Of a stretch of DNA of 64,000 nt, positions 62,371 through 64,000 are shown one piece after another. Both the position numbers and the translations under genes were made by a program. The stretch is from Candidatus Heimdallarchaeota archaeon (GTDB lineage: Archaea; Asgardarchaeota; Heimdallarchaeia; JABLTI01): positions 1 to 64,000 of the forward strand of contig JAHLVW010000103.1 in assembly GCA_019058275.1 (NCBI GenBank), written 5' to 3'. Every line of letters starts with the position of its first letter. Within the stretch, counting starts at the first letter, position 1. The notes beneath the pieces are model-generated. The model searched no databases and was not told the DNA's origin. It saw only the letters and a list, made by a program, of their open reading frames with translations.

Positions 62371-63493
62371 ATGTGGAAATATTGGAGCGCTAAGATGGAG
62401 CTTTTAGCAGGTTCATCTTTTAGTAATATTATAAGATTATCTTGGTAAAACAAGTTTCGCGTCCACCCAAAATGTTGGTATAGATATTACATAGCAGTTA
62501 GAGCAAGTCATTATTTCTTGCCTTTTAGATTAATAGAACGAATGAAATATAATCGAAAGATAAGAGAAACTGATATCGAACAGGATCCAATTTTCATAAT
62601 AGGTCATTGGCGAACAGGAACAACATTACTACATTCTATGTTAACTAAAGATGAGAACTTTGGTTATGTTACTAATCTAGAAACTTATTATCCACATTTC
62701 TTTTTATTGTTTGAAAAATTAACTCGCAGAATTATCGATTTCGCTTTACCAAAAACAAGGTCCATGGATAATGTAAAACTAAGCAGTTTTGAGACAGCAG
62801 AAGAAGAATTTGCTATTGGAAGTTATGACAAATATAGTTTCTATCATCATTTCATTTTTCCAAGAAATTTTGAATTGTACTCAAAATATCTTTTCTTTGA
62901 TGAATGTACACAAGAGGAAATACAACGTTGGAAAACAAGATATCAATTTTTCCTCAAAAAGATTACACTAAAACATAATGGAAAAAGATTAGTATTAAAA
63001 AAATCCCGCAAATACTCCTCGAGTAAAATACCTTCTTGAAATGTTCCCTGATGCAAAATTCATACACACATATCGAAATCCATACTTTGTTTTTTCTTCA
63101 ACGCTTAAATTATTTAGAAATCTACTACCAGTGTTTTCATTACAAAAATGGGACGATAAGCAAATACAAGATGGTTTTCTTAGAAATTTCAAAAAAATGT
63201 ATGAAATCTTTGAACGAGATAAAAAATTAATTCCAAAAGGAAACTTACTAGATGTTAAGTATGAAGATTTGATAATAGACCCATTAAAAGCATCAAAACA
63301 AACCTACAAAGAACTACTGTTAGATAATTATGAATTGCCAAAAGAAAAATTTGAGTAATACACTAAGCAGCAATCATCGTTTGTACCAAATCAACATGTG
63401 CTATCAGATGACATTATTACAAAGGTCAATGATTATTGGGATCAAATGAGGAGAGATTACAGTTACGAGCGAATGGAAGTTGAGCCTTCTTAG
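62371..63493 (+). pseudogene. Sulfotransferase (mycobacterial Stf3-like), disrupted
   Basis: PIFIIGHWRTGTT PAPS loop, K-N-P, RNP and YEDL motifs. TAA at 62446 and 63356; frameshift in the A-run at ~63000. Confidence 0.88.
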
Positions 63494-63540
63494 AATGATT
63501 TATTAAATTCGTATAAAAAATATATTAGCTGGTGTCCTTT

Positions 63541-64000
63541 TTGCAAGTTACTATTATTAATGTCTATAATGATATTGTTCCAGAAGGTTCTGAATTTATT
63601 GCAGATCATGGAGTAGCATTCTATATTGAAACACCAGAAAAAACAATTCTTTTTGATACGGGAGCTAAGGGTAATATTCTACTTCATAATATGAAAGCTC
63701 TTGATCTTGATCCTGATGCTATCGAAACAATCGTCCTTTCGCATGGCCACTGGGATCATTCCGGAGGGATAATAGGTTTACTGAAAGAGAGAACTAAAGA
63801 TACTCCCATAACTGTAATTGCCCATCCAACAATAATGGAACTAAAGGGAATTGTTAGAAAAAAGGATAATAAAAATATTTTATATGAGTTTCCAAAAATA
63901 CCACAATCACTACAAAAAAGAATTATTTTCAAATATACAAAAGAACCAGTTTCCATAACAGAAAAACTAGCTACTTTAGGTGAAATGCGCAACCGTCCTC
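63541..64000 (+). CDS. MBL-fold metallo-hydrolase, runs off the window
   Basis: Manual translation DHGVAFYIE...LFDTG...LSHGHWDHSGG. Confidence 0.85.
   Translation, partial: MQVTIINVYNDIVPEGSEFIADHGVAFYIETPEKTILFDTGAKGNILLHNMKALDLDPDAIETIVLSHGHWDHSGGIIGLLKERTKDTPITVIAHPTIMELKGIVRKKDNKNILYEFPKIPQSLQKRIIFKYTKEPVSITEKLATLGEMRNRP

Noticed and set aside
11533-63493. Genome-wide stop-codon reassignment, selenocysteine or pyrrolysine
   Set aside because: All three stop types interrupt genes, at positions expecting different residues (W, G, E, R, K/Q). All three also end intact genes, and frameshifts co-occur.
9799-63992. Short ORFs antisense to or overlapping longer genes (e.g. 9799, 11629, 12427, 12818, 19583, 20058, 20899, 26829, 27208, 32494, 34079, 36072, 36820, 37683, 38228, 42512, 46049, 48165, 50899, 51778, 52082, 54274, 55064, 55569, 58740, 59186, 60129, 60305, 62789, 62995, 63036, 63756)
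   Set aside because: Shadow frames of well-supported genes with no recognisable motifs.

Overview
AT-rich (~30% GC by eye) archaeal chromosome segment, most likely from an Asgard archaeon (Heimdallarchaeia-like). The evidence is an Arf-family GTPase, DENN/longin-like proteins, GGTGA/GGAG ribosome-binding sites and many C-terminally anchored secreted proteins. All domain calls come from reading motifs by eye; no database search was run. Highlights: (1) a four-gene cluster at 34586-37861 encoding two uDENN/longin-like proteins, an Arf-like GTPase and a seven-helix membrane protein with a Ser/Thr/Pro-rich tail, a candidate GPCR-like small-GTPase signalling module. (2) In the first 13 kb, five same-orientation copies of a repeat whose longest copy begins with GCTGGATCACCTCCT, the 16S rRNA 3' end. 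Each copy sits just after the stop codon of a minus-strand accessory gene or gene remnant, suggesting cassette accretion at an rRNA 3' end. (3) A 1847-aa surface receptor with a seven-repeat FG-GAP propeller, an Ig stalk, one TM helix and cytoplasmic longin-like and MIT-like domains. (4) A second short repeat family separating small genes at 55-57 kb. (5) About 15 genes broken by nonsense codons of all three types or by small indels. The remainder is metabolic and accessory genes. No integrase, transposase, tRNA or CRISPR array was seen.
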